NCBI GenBank assembly: GCA_016182875.1
Contig: JACPFQ010000001.1
Location: forward strand, 85,680-149,679
Reading direction: 5' to 3'
DNA: 64,000 nt
Source: Candidatus Doudnabacteria bacterium
GTDB taxonomy: Bacteria > Patescibacteriota > Doudnabacteria > UBA920 > O2-02-FULL-48-8
Under the pieces are notes generated by a model that saw nothing but the letters and a program-made list of their open reading frames with translations, did no database searches and was not told where the DNA came from. This document shows, piece after piece, positions 1 through 8,844 of the stretch (position 1 is the first letter of the stretch; each line of letters starts with the position of its first letter). The position numbers and the translations under genes are program-made.

Positions 1-1213
1 GTTCGACGAGCGCAGCTCCATAGATATTCTGACTGTAGCCAACAAATTGGATGAAGGAAGCTCATTGGAAAAAATCGGGGGACTCACCTACCTCACAACC
101 CTGGTCAATTCCGTACCCTCAGCCGCCCACGTGATTCATTACGCCAACATCGTCAGGAGAAAAGGCACTTTGCGCCGCCTGATTTCGCAGGCAGGCGAAA
201 TCATCAGCCTGGGGTATCAGGAAAATGAAGATTTGGATTACATCCTTGACCAAGCGGAGCAGAAGTTGTTTTCCGTCTCCCAGAAATACCTTAAGCAAAA
301 CTTTGTTCCACTCAGCGAGATTTTGCACGAAACCTTTGACCGGCTGGACGAGCTCCACCGCGAAAAAGGGAAACTGCGAGGCCTGTCCAGCAGTTTCAAC
401 GACCTCGACGCCAAACTGGGAGGTCTGCAGAAATCCGACCTGATAATTTTGGCAGCAAGACCGTCTATGGGCAAAACGTCTCTAGCTTTGGATATGGTGC
501 GGCATACTTCCGTGACCCAAAAAAAGCCAGTGGCCATCTTTTCTTTGGAAATGAGCAAAGACCAGCTGGTCGACCGCTTGCTGGCCGCAGAAGCCGACGT
601 TGATTTGTGGAAGATGAGAACCGGCAAGCTTTCCGACATCGGGCCAAACAACGACTTCGAAAGAATCGGGCATGCCTTGGGCCGTCTCTCCGAAGCGCCG
701 ATTTATATCGATGATTCCGGCTCCCTAAATATCATGGAATTGCGAACCAAGGCCAGAAGGCTGGCTGCCGAACACGAAGTCGAGCTAATCGTGCTCGACT
801 ATTTGCAGCTGATGCAGGGGCATAATCAGGAAAACCGCGTGCAGGAAGTTTCGGAAATCTCAAGATCGCTTAAATCTTTGGCCAAAGAACTAAACGTGCC
901 GGTCCTAGCGCTCTCTCAGCTCTCTCGCGCTGTCGAACAGCGCGGCGGCGACAAAAAGCCCCAGCTTTCCGATTTGCGGGAATCAGGCTCTATTGAGCAG
1001 GATGCTGACGTGGTTATGTTCATCTACCGCGACGAAATGTACACTGGCAAAGAATCGCGCAGGCCTCACGTTGCTGATATCTTAATTCGCAAGCACAGAA
1101 ACGGCCCGACTGGCGAAATTGAACTGTTCTTCGACGCCGAAAAAACTTCTTTCAAGAACCTAGCCAAAGCCCCATCAGCCGAAGACGTCATGATGGAGCA
1201 AATCATGGAATAA
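1..1213 (+). CDS. dnaB: Replicative DNA helicase DnaB, C-terminal ~400 aa; the gene starts upstream of the window
   Basis: Walker A 'ARPSMGKTSLALDM', a RecA-like helicase core with 'LIVLDYLQLM' and 'SQLSRAVEQR', and a typical DnaB N-terminal linker. The ORF enters the window already open. Confidence 0.93.
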   Translation, partial: FDERSSIDILTVANKLDEGSSLEKIGGLTYLTTLVNSVPSAAHVIHYANIVRRKGTLRRLISQAGEIISLGYQENEDLDYILDQAEQKLFSVSQKYLKQNFVPLSEILHETFDRLDELHREKGKLRGLSSSFNDLDAKLGGLQKSDLIILAARPSMGKTSLALDMVRHTSVTQKKPVAIFSLEMSKDQLVDRLLAAEADVDLWKMRTGKLSDIGPNNDFERIGHALGRLSEAPIYIDDSGSLNIMELRTKARRLAAEHEVELIVLDYLQLMQGHNQENRVQEVSEISRSLKSLAKELNVPVLALSQLSRAVEQRGGDKKPQLSDLRESGSIEQDADVVMFIYRDEMYTGKESRRPHVADILIRKHRNGPTGEIELFFDAEKTSFKNLAKAPSAEDVMMEQIME

Positions 1214-1233
1214 ACTATCACATCTTAGAATTT

Positions 1234-1271
1234 CCCTCCCCTCCCAGGGGAGGGATTAAGGGTGGGGTGGG
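1234..1271. repeat. GC-rich hairpin CCCTCCCC-TCCCA-GGGGAGGG followed by GGGTGGGGTGGG. A related composite element lies at 34031-34120.
   Basis: Perfect 8-bp stem seen directly in the sequence. The same stem with a different loop occurs at 34100-34120, and GGGTGGGGTGGG recurs there as its reverse complement. Confidence 0.7.
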
Positions 1272-1273
1272 TA

Positions 1274-1654
1274 ATGAAAATAAAACCGAAATTGCTTATA
1301 AAGTCAAAGGAGTTAAGAAAGGCTCAAACTCCTTGGGAAAATAAGCTATGGTACCATTTAAGAGCAAAGAATTTTTACGGTTATCGATTCAGAAGACAGT
1401 TTGTAGTCGGACCGTATATAGTAGATTTTTGTTGCTTTGAGAAAAAACTCATCATCGAAATTGATGGCGGTCGGCATAATAAACAAACAAACAAGATCAA
1501 AGACCTTAAAAGATCAGAATATTTAGCTGAGTCTGGTTTTAAGATTCTTAGATTCTGGAACAGCGAAATAGACGAAAACCTGGAAGGTGTTTTGCAAGTA
1601 ATCTCTAACCACCTCTCCCCCGACCCCTCTCCTGGGAGGAGAGGGGAGATTTAA
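1274..1654 (+). CDS. DUF559 (Vsr/endonuclease-like) domain protein
   Basis: 'YIVDFCCFEKKLIIEIDGGRHNK...FKILRFWNSEI' matches the DUF559 fold. The C-terminal 'SPDPSPGRRGEI' is encoded by the palindromic repeat at 1624-1646. ATG at 1274. Confidence 0.75.
   Translation: MKIKPKLLIKSKELRKAQTPWENKLWYHLRAKNFYGYRFRRQFVVGPYIVDFCCFEKKLIIEIDGGRHNKQTNKIKDLKRSEYLAESGFKILRFWNSEIDENLEGVLQVISNHLSPDPSPGRRGEI
1624..1646. repeat. GC-rich hairpin CCCCTCTCC-TGGGA-GGAGAGGGG at the 3' end of the DUF559 gene
   Basis: Perfect 9-bp stem. The same stem with loop TATCA recurs at 34031-34053. Confidence 0.7.
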
Positions 1655-1916
1655 TTTGTAGATAAAACAAATAAAAAAATGCGCCGCGGGCGGGACCAGA
1701 CGATGTCCGGCCCGTTTATTATCAGAGTGACCAGGCTTCGCGGCAGCCGGAGCTCGGAAAGAGCGAAGCATCGGAACTCCTGCCCGTCGGAAATCAGCCG
1801 TCCGGAGAAGCGCAAGATCGATGCTTGCAGGGTCATTCCTACCGGCAGCGACTCTAGGCGTGTGCCTGGCTCGAGGAAGACAGCAAACGTACCAGTAAGC
1901 TCTGCAGGTGGCATGC

Positions 1917-2240
1917 TCACCTCTTGCGCGCGCGCTTCTTGCGCGGAGCTATCGAATGCTGTTCGACGAAGGCTTTTGCGTGAGCAATCAGGCTTCTGAT
2001 GCCTTCACAGGCCTGTTCCGGTATGACCTCATCGTTCCACACGCGGCTGACCAGTTTATCAACCGAGAGTTTAATCGGTCGGTCGGAAGTGCACACGCGC
2101 TTAAAATTGGCCTCCAGATCAGCGACGAACAGCTTGAAGATCATCAGTTCGTGGACGCTGAAACTGTTATTCTTCCGCAGCCTCCGCAGAAGTATAAGGC
2201 CATCTTCCAGGCGGCTTTCGGGAGTTACTGGTTCAAGCAT
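1917..2240 (-). CDS. Hypothetical 107-aa protein with a basic C-terminus (PRKKRARKR), in a GC-rich mini-island
   Basis: Strong SD on the minus strand (AGGAGGATTCAC-ATG). Local GC is about 58%, well above the neighbours. No recognisable domain. Confidence 0.4.
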   Translation of the reverse strand: MLEPVTPESRLEDGLILLRRLRKNNSFSVHELMIFKLFVADLEANFKRVCTSDRPIKLSVDKLVSRVWNDEVIPEQACEGIRSLIAHAKAFVEQHSIAPRKKRARKR

Positions 2241-2334
2241 GTGAATCCTCCTACTTTGGGGTCAGTGAATCCCGCGATGTAAAATTGATTATACCTTGTT
2301 TTTAGCTTTATGACTAGGGTAGAATAAATAAGCA

Positions 2335-2952
2335 ATGGCACTACTTCCGAAGTCGATTCAAAACCTGATCAATGAACTGTCCAAGCTTCCGGGCATCGGG
2401 CAAAAAACCGCCCAGCGGCTGACTTTCTACCTGCTCAAACAGCCGCAAATCGAGCGGCAGGGGTTTTCCAAAGCCGTGGAAAGTTTGGGCAAAGACATTA
2501 TCTATTGCTCCATCTGCCATAACATGGCAGATGCCGACCCATGCAAGATTTGTTCAGACGTAAAAAGAGATAAAAGCATCATTTGCGTCCTCGAAGATCC
2601 GTTGGATGTCGTGGCCATGGACCAGCTCGCGGACTTCAGAGGCGTTTACCATGTGCTGGGCGGCGCCATTTCGCCGCTCGAAGGCATTGGACCGGAAAAT
2701 CTCAAAATCTCAGAATTGCTCAAAAGGCTCTCGGAAAACCAAGAGCCTAAAGAAATTATTTTGGCCACCAATCCGTCCATGGAAGGCGAAGCCACAGCCA
2801 TGTATATAGCAAAACAAATCAAAATTCAAAATTCAAAATTCAAAAATATAAAAGTCACCCGCATCGGCCGCGGCCTGCCTATGGGCGGCGACCTTGAGTA
2901 CGCGGATGAGTATACGCTCTCTAAGGCACTCGAAGGACGGCGAGAGTATTAG
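2335..2952 (+). CDS. recR: Recombination protein RecR
   Basis: HhH '[12 protein letters not shown]', C4 zinc finger '[18 protein letters not shown]', and a Toprim domain with '[15 protein letters not shown]'. Contains an in-frame (CAAAATT)3 heptamer repeat at 2820-2840. Confidence 0.93.
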   Translation: MALLPKSIQNLINELSKLPGIGQKTAQRLTFYLLKQPQIERQGFSKAVESLGKDIIYCSICHNMADADPCKICSDVKRDKSIICVLEDPLDVVAMDQLADFRGVYHVLGGAISPLEGIGPENLKISELLKRLSENQEPKEIILATNPSMEGEATAMYIAKQIKIQNSKFKNIKVTRIGRGLPMGGDLEYADEYTLSKALEGRREY

Positions 2953-2989
2953 TAATTAGTAAGGAGTAATAAGTAGTTAGAATAAAACA

Positions 2990-3016
2990 AAACTGCAGGA
3001 TAATTTCTGCAGTTTT
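2990..3016. terminator. Bidirectional rho-independent terminator between convergent recR and rplU
   Basis: AAAACTGCAG-gataattt-CTGCAGTTTT: an 8-bp stem with A-run and T-run flanks, embedded in a larger palindrome spanning 2955-3040. Confidence 0.6.
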
Positions 3017-3044
3017 CTAATTACTATTTACTTATTACTATTTC

Positions 3045-3359
3045 CTAACTTATTGACTCAATCTGCACCACAGTTTGCTGCTGCCGGTGCCCGTACTTTC
3101 TTCGATACCTGGACTTAGCACGATATTTAAAAACCACAAGCTTATCAGCTTTATTTTGGTCAATGACTTTGCCTATTACTTTAGCGCCGGAAACATAAGG
3201 CTTGCCTAAATCAAATTTACCTTCATCAGAAACCAGCAGTACCTTATCAAAAGTAACGCTGTCCCCTGCTTTGCCGGGAAGCTTTTCGATTATCAACTTT
3301 TCATTTGGAGAAACCAGGTATTGTTTGCCGCCGGTTTCAATCACTGCCTGTTTTGCCAT
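3045..3359 (-). CDS. rplU: 50S ribosomal protein L21
   Basis: 'MAKQAVIETGGKQYLVSPNEKLIIEKL...VVFKYRAKSRYRRKYGHRQ' is the L21 signature. Start taken at the MAKQ methionine. Confidence 0.9.
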   Translation of the reverse strand: MAKQAVIETGGKQYLVSPNEKLIIEKLPGKAGDSVTFDKVLLVSDEGKFDLGKPYVSGAKVIGKVIDQNKADKLVVFKYRAKSRYRRKYGHRQQQTVVQIESIS

Positions 3360-3416
3360 ACCGTGATATGTTAGCATAAAAATAGCTTTCGGGTCAATCT
3401 TGCGAAATATCCGCCT

Positions 3417-3445
3417 AAAAGCCCCGGCACTTACCCGGGGCTTTT
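3417..3445. terminator. Hairpin AAAAGCCCCGG-cacttac-CCGGGGCTTTT in the rplU upstream region; terminator or attenuator-like
   Basis: 9-bp GC stem flanked by A and T runs on both strands. Function unknown. Confidence 0.4.
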
Positions 3446-3665
3446 AGCAAACGTGGTGCTTTTCCATATTGTGTTTTTCCCTCGATTAGGCTAACCGCCT
3501 TATGGCTTTCCACAAATTTTTTTGGAAAAGCATACGTGCGTTACGGCCTGTCGCATCTTTATATCTCTCCTTTCGCCACAATTTTAACGCTTCTGCCGCG
3601 GATTGTAAATAAAAATTCCGTTTTTCTTTGAATTTCAGCAAAATAGGGCCAAATTCAGGTAATAA

Positions 3666-3696
3666 AATGACGACGGGAATGTCGTTGTTTTATTAA
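3666..3696 (+). repeat. Hairpin repeat AAAATGACGAC-N7-TCGTTGTTTT, copy 1
   Basis: Near-identical element at 4957-4988. Stem GACGAC/GTCGTT followed by a T-run. Confidence 0.5.
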
Positions 3697-3794
3697 CGAA
3701 AAGTCGTTGAAAAAGGCGGCTAATTTGAATTTGTCCTCGATTCCAGTTGCTCATTTCAACACAGGTGCTATACAAAAGTCAGAAAGGAGTGGTT

Positions 3795-4004
3795 ATGAGA
3801 GAAATCACTCGAAAACTTAAAAGGATTATCGAGTCGGGAGATGCAAGAATGATTCTATTGGAAGATGACCAAGGTCGCGTTCTATTGGAAATTTCTCCAG
3901 ACCTTAGTTTTCTTAAATCAACGCTAAATCTCGTAAAAGGAATTACGAAAACCGTCAAAAATTGCAAATTGATTGTCACAAAAAAACAATTATTATTCAA
4001 CTAA
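3795..4004 (+). CDS. Hypothetical small protein (70 aa)
   Basis: Good SD AAAGGAGTGGTT-ATG. No recognisable domain. Confidence 0.45.
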   Translation: MREITRKLKRIIESGDARMILLEDDQGRVLLEISPDLSFLKSTLNLVKGITKTVKNCKLIVTKKQLLFN

Positions 4005-4038
4005 ACATTTCGCGATATGCTATCATTATCCTATCGAT

Positions 4039-4776
4039 ATGCATATCTCGACTGTCATCGAACAACTGGGCTACCCGCCCAGCGAGGTCAGACTTTATCT
4101 GGCAGCTTTGGACATTGGCGAAAGCACAATTACTGATTTAGCCAACAAAGTCGGCATGCCCAGAACCAGTGTTCAAAGCGTGATTGAAGATATGCAAAAC
4201 AGGGGTTTGATGCACAGTTACATCAAACGCAAACGCAGGTACTGGGTGGCTGAAAATCCGGAAAAACTCATGATCTTACTCAAAGAACGCGAGGCCGCGC
4301 TCAAAAGCATCATGCCGGAACTGCAGGCCAAGCGCTTCACCCATGGCGGGCGGTTTGTGGTCCAGATTTACAATGGGCCAACTCAAATTAAACTAATCAT
4401 GGATGATATAATCGATACCAAACATCATATCTCCGCCATTGTTTCTTGGGACGAATGGAAAACGTTTTTGGGCTCCGATTTTGTCAAAGACTTCATCGAA
4501 CGCCGCGTTCAGCATTTTCTTAGGGTGCGTCTGTTGACGGCCCAAACCCCGTCGTCGGTTGAGCTTAAAAAACTGGACGAGCAAAGCTTGCGGCACACCA
4601 AATTCTTGCCTGACAACGCAGGTATCAACAATTCCATCTTTATCTACGGCAACAAGCTCGCCATTATTTCCATCAATAAGCGGCAACCCATGGGGATCGT
4701 CATTGACGATTTGGACATTGCGCACTCAGCTGAAATATTATTTGAAGCTTTATGGAACCAATGTTTGGAGCATTAA
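4039..4776 (+). CDS. TrmB-family transcriptional regulator (N-terminal wHTH)
   Basis: 'LGYPPSEVRLYLAALDIGESTITDLANKVGMPRTSVQSVIEDMQNRGLM' fits the TrmB HTH pattern. The ORF track gives a TTG start at 3973 overlapping the upstream ORF; the ATG at 4039 is preferred. Confidence 0.65.
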   Translation: MHISTVIEQLGYPPSEVRLYLAALDIGESTITDLANKVGMPRTSVQSVIEDMQNRGLMHSYIKRKRRYWVAENPEKLMILLKEREAALKSIMPELQAKRFTHGGRFVVQIYNGPTQIKLIMDDIIDTKHHISAIVSWDEWKTFLGSDFVKDFIERRVQHFLRVRLLTAQTPSSVELKKLDEQSLRHTKFLPDNAGINNSIFIYGNKLAIISINKRQPMGIVIDDLDIAHSAEILFEALWNQCLEH

Positions 4777-4810
4777 TGCTATAATTAAATCAAACTGGAA
4801 AGGACAAAAT

Positions 4811-4939
4811 ATGATGGGCTACGATGGTTGGGGAATGATGGGTTACGGAAGCGGGATTGGCTGGATAACTATCCTGCTGGTCTGGACAACACTGGGCTTT
4901 TGCATTGCCGCTCTTTGGAAGTACACCAGCAAGAAGTAA
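4811..4939 (+). CDS. Putative small Gly-rich membrane peptide (42 aa)
   Basis: 'MMGYDGWGMMGYGSGIGWITILLVWTTLGFCIAALW', one TM helix, SD GGAAAGGAC, followed by the terminator at 4957-4988. Confidence 0.35.
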   Translation: MMGYDGWGMMGYGSGIGWITILLVWTTLGFCIAALWKYTSKK

Positions 4940-4956
4940 CTTACTAGTTTTTTAAA

Positions 4957-4988
4957 AAATGACGACAATTTAGTCGTTGTTTTTTTGT
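4957..4988 (+). terminator. Rho-independent terminator; copy 2 of the hairpin repeat at 3666-3696
   Basis: GACGAC-aatttag-GTCGTT followed by TTTTTTTG. Confidence 0.55.
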
Positions 4989-5135
4989 TGTTTTTTCAAT
5001 GATTTATATGCAGTTTGATATATTTTCAGTGCTGGTCGTTGCAAATAAAAAACACGGTAGTAAAATTAGATTGACAAAGCCATCGAGTTAACAAAGGTCG
5101 TCGACAGGCAAGCAAGGTAACGAATTTCAATTAAT

Positions 5136-5759
5136 ATGAAAATAAGACATGTCACCACTCAAGAAGCCAGGCTTGTGGGACAGGAAATTGGCATCGACTG
5201 GAACGAAGTCGACTTGGAGCAATTCCGCCGGGGAATGGAAGTCGAATTTGAGCATGGGCTTATTGACGAACAGACGAATATAACCAACGATAACCCCCTG
5301 CTGACCGGCAAAATCGCCTTAGCTCACCTAAAAGAACTGCCGGATTATTACACTCGACTCGAAAAGATGGAACAAAATCAAGAAGAGTATCAGGAAGCCG
5401 GAAAACCGCATTATTACGGCAATACCATCCGGAAGCTTTTTCTCGTTTCAGCCTTGATAATGGTTATTTCGCTTCCGTTTGCCCAGACCTCACTCAACCT
5501 TCCAGTCTCAATATCAATCGTGGCAATCCTCATTTTGGCCGCTTTTGCGGGAATAATTAGTCCGAGGCTGTTCGCAACAGTTGAGATTGATACGGTCGTG
5601 GCGGCTTTAGGATTTCTGACGTTCGAGTATTTTGGCGTTAAATCATACTCCGAGCACAATGCCTTCTTCTTCGTCATAAACCAAATTCTCGCCGCATTGT
5701 TTTTGTTTGCGGCATACTTTGGAGTAAAAAACTGGCGAGGCATGCTCACCGCCAGATAG
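5136..5759 (+). CDS. Hypothetical membrane protein: soluble N-terminal domain plus about 4 TM helices
   Basis: The N-terminus 'GQEIGIDWNEVDLEQFRRGMEVEFEHG...KIALAHLKELPDYYTRLEKME' resembles a conserved DUF (possibly DUF5661; from memory only). The C-terminal half is hydrophobic. Confidence 0.55.
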   Translation: MKIRHVTTQEARLVGQEIGIDWNEVDLEQFRRGMEVEFEHGLIDEQTNITNDNPLLTGKIALAHLKELPDYYTRLEKMEQNQEEYQEAGKPHYYGNTIRKLFLVSALIMVISLPFAQTSLNLPVSISIVAILILAAFAGIISPRLFATVEIDTVVAALGFLTFEYFGVKSYSEHNAFFFVINQILAALFLFAAYFGVKNWRGMLTAR

Positions 5760-6212
5760 TTACGGTTGCAGTTTCATCACTTCGCCGATTTGGATGTGGT
5801 TTTTTTTAATCCAGCCGGCGTTAACTTCAAGCACGGAGTCGATTTCGACTGTTGGCTGGTAAAGCTTCAACTGATAATCTTCTCTGCCGGGTTCGGGCTC
5901 GAGGTTGGAGCTTATATCCACCACATGGCTATCTCGAATCCAAATGATATCTATACCGAATTTCATGTTTTTCATCCAAAAACCAGGCCTGCTCGGTTCA
6001 TCAAAGACAAACAACATGCCCTGATTTTCATTTAACTCCTCTCTGCCGGATAGACCGACCGCTCTTTCATCTTGCGTATCTGCCAGCTCGATGTTTAATT
6101 TTTTTCCGGCCAGCTCCACAGTCCCGTCATTGTAGCTTGAGCCGGTTTCCTGCAAATTGCATGCCGCGGCCGCAAAGGCAACTGAAAACAGAAGGATAAT
6201 AACTTTATTCAT
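5760..6212 (-). CDS. DUF192 (COG1430) lipoprotein
   Basis: Lipobox 'AAAACN'. 'GLSGREELNENQGMLFVFDEPSRPGFWMKNMKFGIDIIWI' is the DUF192 core. Confidence 0.7.
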   Translation of the reverse strand: MNKVIILLFSVAFAAAACNLQETGSSYNDGTVELAGKKLNIELADTQDERAVGLSGREELNENQGMLFVFDEPSRPGFWMKNMKFGIDIIWIRDSHVVDISSNLEPEPGREDYQLKLYQPTVEIDSVLEVNAGWIKKNHIQIGEVMKLQP

Positions 6213-7254
6213 TGAGCTTTCTTTTGACCTTGTAAATGATAAACACTGTAGCCACCAAAGCAGCCATAACGGAGAGCAAAATTAGAAGCAGAACGAGCTT
6301 GCCCATTGATTGCAGAAACAAGGCTGACGCGCCAAAAATCCCGCTCAAGGCATAAAGGAGCAATACGGCCTGCGGCTCCGAAAGCCCGATATCCAACAGC
6401 CGGAAGTGCAGATGCTTCCGATCTCCTTTAAAGGGATTTTGTCTGTTGAAAACTCGCTGCAAAACCACCCAAAACGCATCCATCACCGGAATGCCGAGCA
6501 CCAGGACGGCAGTCGCTATTTTGCCTCCTGAGACTATGGCCAAGATGGCCAGAATAAAGCCGGCAAAAGTGCTGCCCCCTTCTCCCAAAAAAATCCTCGC
6601 GGGATGAAAATTCAAAATAAGGAATCCCAGAAGCGCTCCAGCGAAAGTGATGGAAAGAAGCGCTGTCTGGGGCTGCATGACTTCCGGCGTGAGCGACAGT
6701 CCAAACAAAACTAAAGCTGAAATGGCGGAAATCCCCGTCGTCAGGCCGTCCATGCCATCCAAAACCTTGGTGGTAAAGGTCATGGTTAGAATCCAAATAA
6801 AAACTATGACCGATGACCATAACGATGACAAAAGAATAACTCCGCCAGTTAAGGGATTATGAATGCTCACTGCCGAAATGCCGGAAGAAACCACGACCAA
6901 AGCCGCAAGAATGGGAAAAATTACCGAGTACTGGGGAGCCAGGCGGTATTTGTCGTCCAGATATCCGCCAATCATAAGGATAGCGCCTCCGGCCCAAATC
7001 GCGGCAAGAATTTTAAGCGGTATGTTGCCACCAATCAAATATCCCAAAAGCACGCCTACGGTAAAGGTGACCAGAAAAAAGCTTCCGAAAATTGCCAAGC
7101 CGCCCATGGTCGGGACCGGATGCTTATGCAGCCTCCGCTCGTTATCCGGAATGTCCAGAATCTTTCTTCTTACGGCGATTCGAGCGACCAGGAAAGTTCC
7201 GATAAATGAAATAAGGAATGCCAGCGCGAAGGAAATGAAGTAAATAGAATTCAT
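6205..7254 (-). CDS. Glycosyltransferase family 4 (WecA/TagO/MraY-like polyprenyl-phosphate sugar-1-P transferase)
   Basis: 'KHPVPTMGGLAIFGSF', 'LDDKYRL', 'KVLDGMDGLTTG', and a multi-TM topology. The start is taken at MNSIYF; the longer ORF overlaps the upstream gene. Confidence 0.85.
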   Translation of the reverse strand: MNSIYFISFALAFLISFIGTFLVARIAVRRKILDIPDNERRLHKHPVPTMGGLAIFGSFFLVTFTVGVLLGYLIGGNIPLKILAAIWAGGAILMIGGYLDDKYRLAPQYSVIFPILAALVVVSSGISAVSIHNPLTGGVILLSSLWSSVIVFIWILTMTFTTKVLDGMDGLTTGISAISALVLFGLSLTPEVMQPQTALLSITFAGALLGFLILNFHPARIFLGEGGSTFAGFILAILAIVSGGKIATAVLVLGIPVMDAFWVVLQRVFNRQNPFKGDRKHLHFRLLDIGLSEPQAVLLLYALSGIFGASALFLQSMGKLVLLLILLSVMAALVATVFIIYKVKRKLNE

Positions 7255-7258
7255 ACGG

Positions 7259-8647
7259 TCATTTAACCCGGGCTTCTTCCAGCTGTTCCAGCGAGAGCGG
7301 GTGTTTGCGGTGCTTGGGCGTGATGAAAAATTCCATGTACTTTCCAAACATCAGCCTGGTTTGGGCGTCGATCGCAGGCGCTGAACCGAAGACAGATGCG
7401 ACCAGCGGGCTGAACACCCATTGAAAAATCATGGAGAAGTATTTCCAGCGGCTGTATTCTTTGGGCTTGGGCGGCAGCAGCACCAAATTCACGTATACGG
7501 AAAAAATCAGGAAGAAAGTCGCCACACTCATAATTATCCTGGTCATGAATGGCAGGTTGACTGCCAGCACGGTTTGTCCGAACCTGTCTCCGCCCAAAAT
7601 CAGCGGCAGCCAGCCCAAGATGGCAATCATAATCGAGGCCGTGGCCCAGAAATAATGCCCTTCAATGAGCCTTTCCGCGTACAACAGCCGCTTCCAAAGC
7701 GGAATTCTATTGTTTTTCACAAACTCCGGAATGACCAAGGATAGCTCGGTCACGCCCCAAGCCCACCTCCTTTTTTGCTTATATTGGGCAACCAGGGTTT
7801 CCCAGTAGGTTTTTCCCAAAACCGCGTCCATGGAAACCGTGGTGAATAAAGGCTGGGTGCTGTAGTCGCCGTTGAAATGCAGGAAGCACTGCCAGAAGAT
7901 GTGCGAGTCATCCGGGATAATGTCTACGCGCCAAAACCCAACGTCGACCAGGGTCCTAAAGCTCATGGCGTGGGAAGAAAAAGTTATCAAACGGTCCGGA
8001 CGCGAGGCTTCCACCAGCTGCCAAAAAGATGAGGAAGTCGCGATTACCCGCGCAATCGCCGGCGTGTCCCAAATATTGTTATGGAACATCGGCATTGGCT
8101 GATAGCTCATCTGAAAAGGTTTTTGCGCCGTCAGAAAATAAAAGGCCAATTGGGCAAAGTAGCTGTATGAGACGGTGGTGTCCGCGTCGAATGCCGAAAC
8201 AATCACGTCCTCATATGGGATTCGCAGCTCATCAATGAGTTTCTGCGCTTGCTTCGCGGCATAAGTTATATTGGCGCCCTTGACCCTGGCTTCTCCTGCG
8301 ACATGGTCTGGATGAATGGTGGCCAAGAATTTAAAAAACTTATCTGAATATTTGGCTTTCAAATATTCTATTTTCGGCCGAGCAGACTCTCTTTCCCGCT
8401 CTTCAGTTGCCAAAACAAGAATTATCCGCTCCTTGGGATAATCGGCGGATAAACAAGATTCGATGGAAGAAGAAAGCACCGACACGTCTTCGGTGACTGT
8501 CGGCAGAATAATCAAATGGTAAATTCTTTTCCAGTCAAGATTGCGCCGCAGCGGAATTTGGTTGATTCGGGAAAGCTGGTCTTGATAAAATACCTTCCAT
8601 TTCTTATTTTGAGCTTTGTCATATTCCACCGACAACTCAAACCTCAA
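7259..8647 (-). CDS. Processive family-2 glycosyltransferase (cellulose/chitin-synthase-like, QxxRW)
   Basis: 'AFDADTTV' with D,D,D motifs, 'QKRRWAWG' (Q-x-x-R-W), and C-terminal TM helices. Confidence 0.8.
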   Translation of the reverse strand: MRFELSVEYDKAQNKKWKVFYQDQLSRINQIPLRRNLDWKRIYHLIILPTVTEDVSVLSSSIESCLSADYPKERIILVLATEERERESARPKIEYLKAKYSDKFFKFLATIHPDHVAGEARVKGANITYAAKQAQKLIDELRIPYEDVIVSAFDADTTVSYSYFAQLAFYFLTAQKPFQMSYQPMPMFHNNIWDTPAIARVIATSSSFWQLVEASRPDRLITFSSHAMSFRTLVDVGFWRVDIIPDDSHIFWQCFLHFNGDYSTQPLFTTVSMDAVLGKTYWETLVAQYKQKRRWAWGVTELSLVIPEFVKNNRIPLWKRLLYAERLIEGHYFWATASIMIAILGWLPLILGGDRFGQTVLAVNLPFMTRIIMSVATFFLIFSVYVNLVLLPPKPKEYSRWKYFSMIFQWVFSPLVASVFGSAPAIDAQTRLMFGKYMEFFITPKHRKHPLSLEQLEEARVK

Positions 8648-8844
8648 TTCATCGAGTGGATTTTCAGCCGCGCGTATGAATGCATCAGGTGGATTGCGAC
8701 ATTGCCGGCTTTAAGAAACCAGTACAAATCAAAAATAATGATGTAAACAGAAACCCAAACCGGATGAAAATACGCCAGCAAAGGAGAGCCCAATAAAGTC
8801 GCCCAAGTCAAAACACCCGGGAAAATCTCAAAAAATTTAGCCAT
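8644..8844 (-). CDS. Small membrane protein (66 aa), translationally coupled to the GT2 gene
   Basis: Hydrophobic, with a 4-nt overlap onto the downstream gene. No homology recognised. Confidence 0.35.
   Translation of the reverse strand: MAKFFEIFPGVLTWATLLGSPLLAYFHPVWVSVYIIIFDLYWFLKAGNVAIHLMHSYARLKIHSMN

Noticed and set aside
2606-2809. 67-aa ORF inside recR (alternate frame)
   Set aside because: It is embedded in the conserved recR reading frame and has no support.
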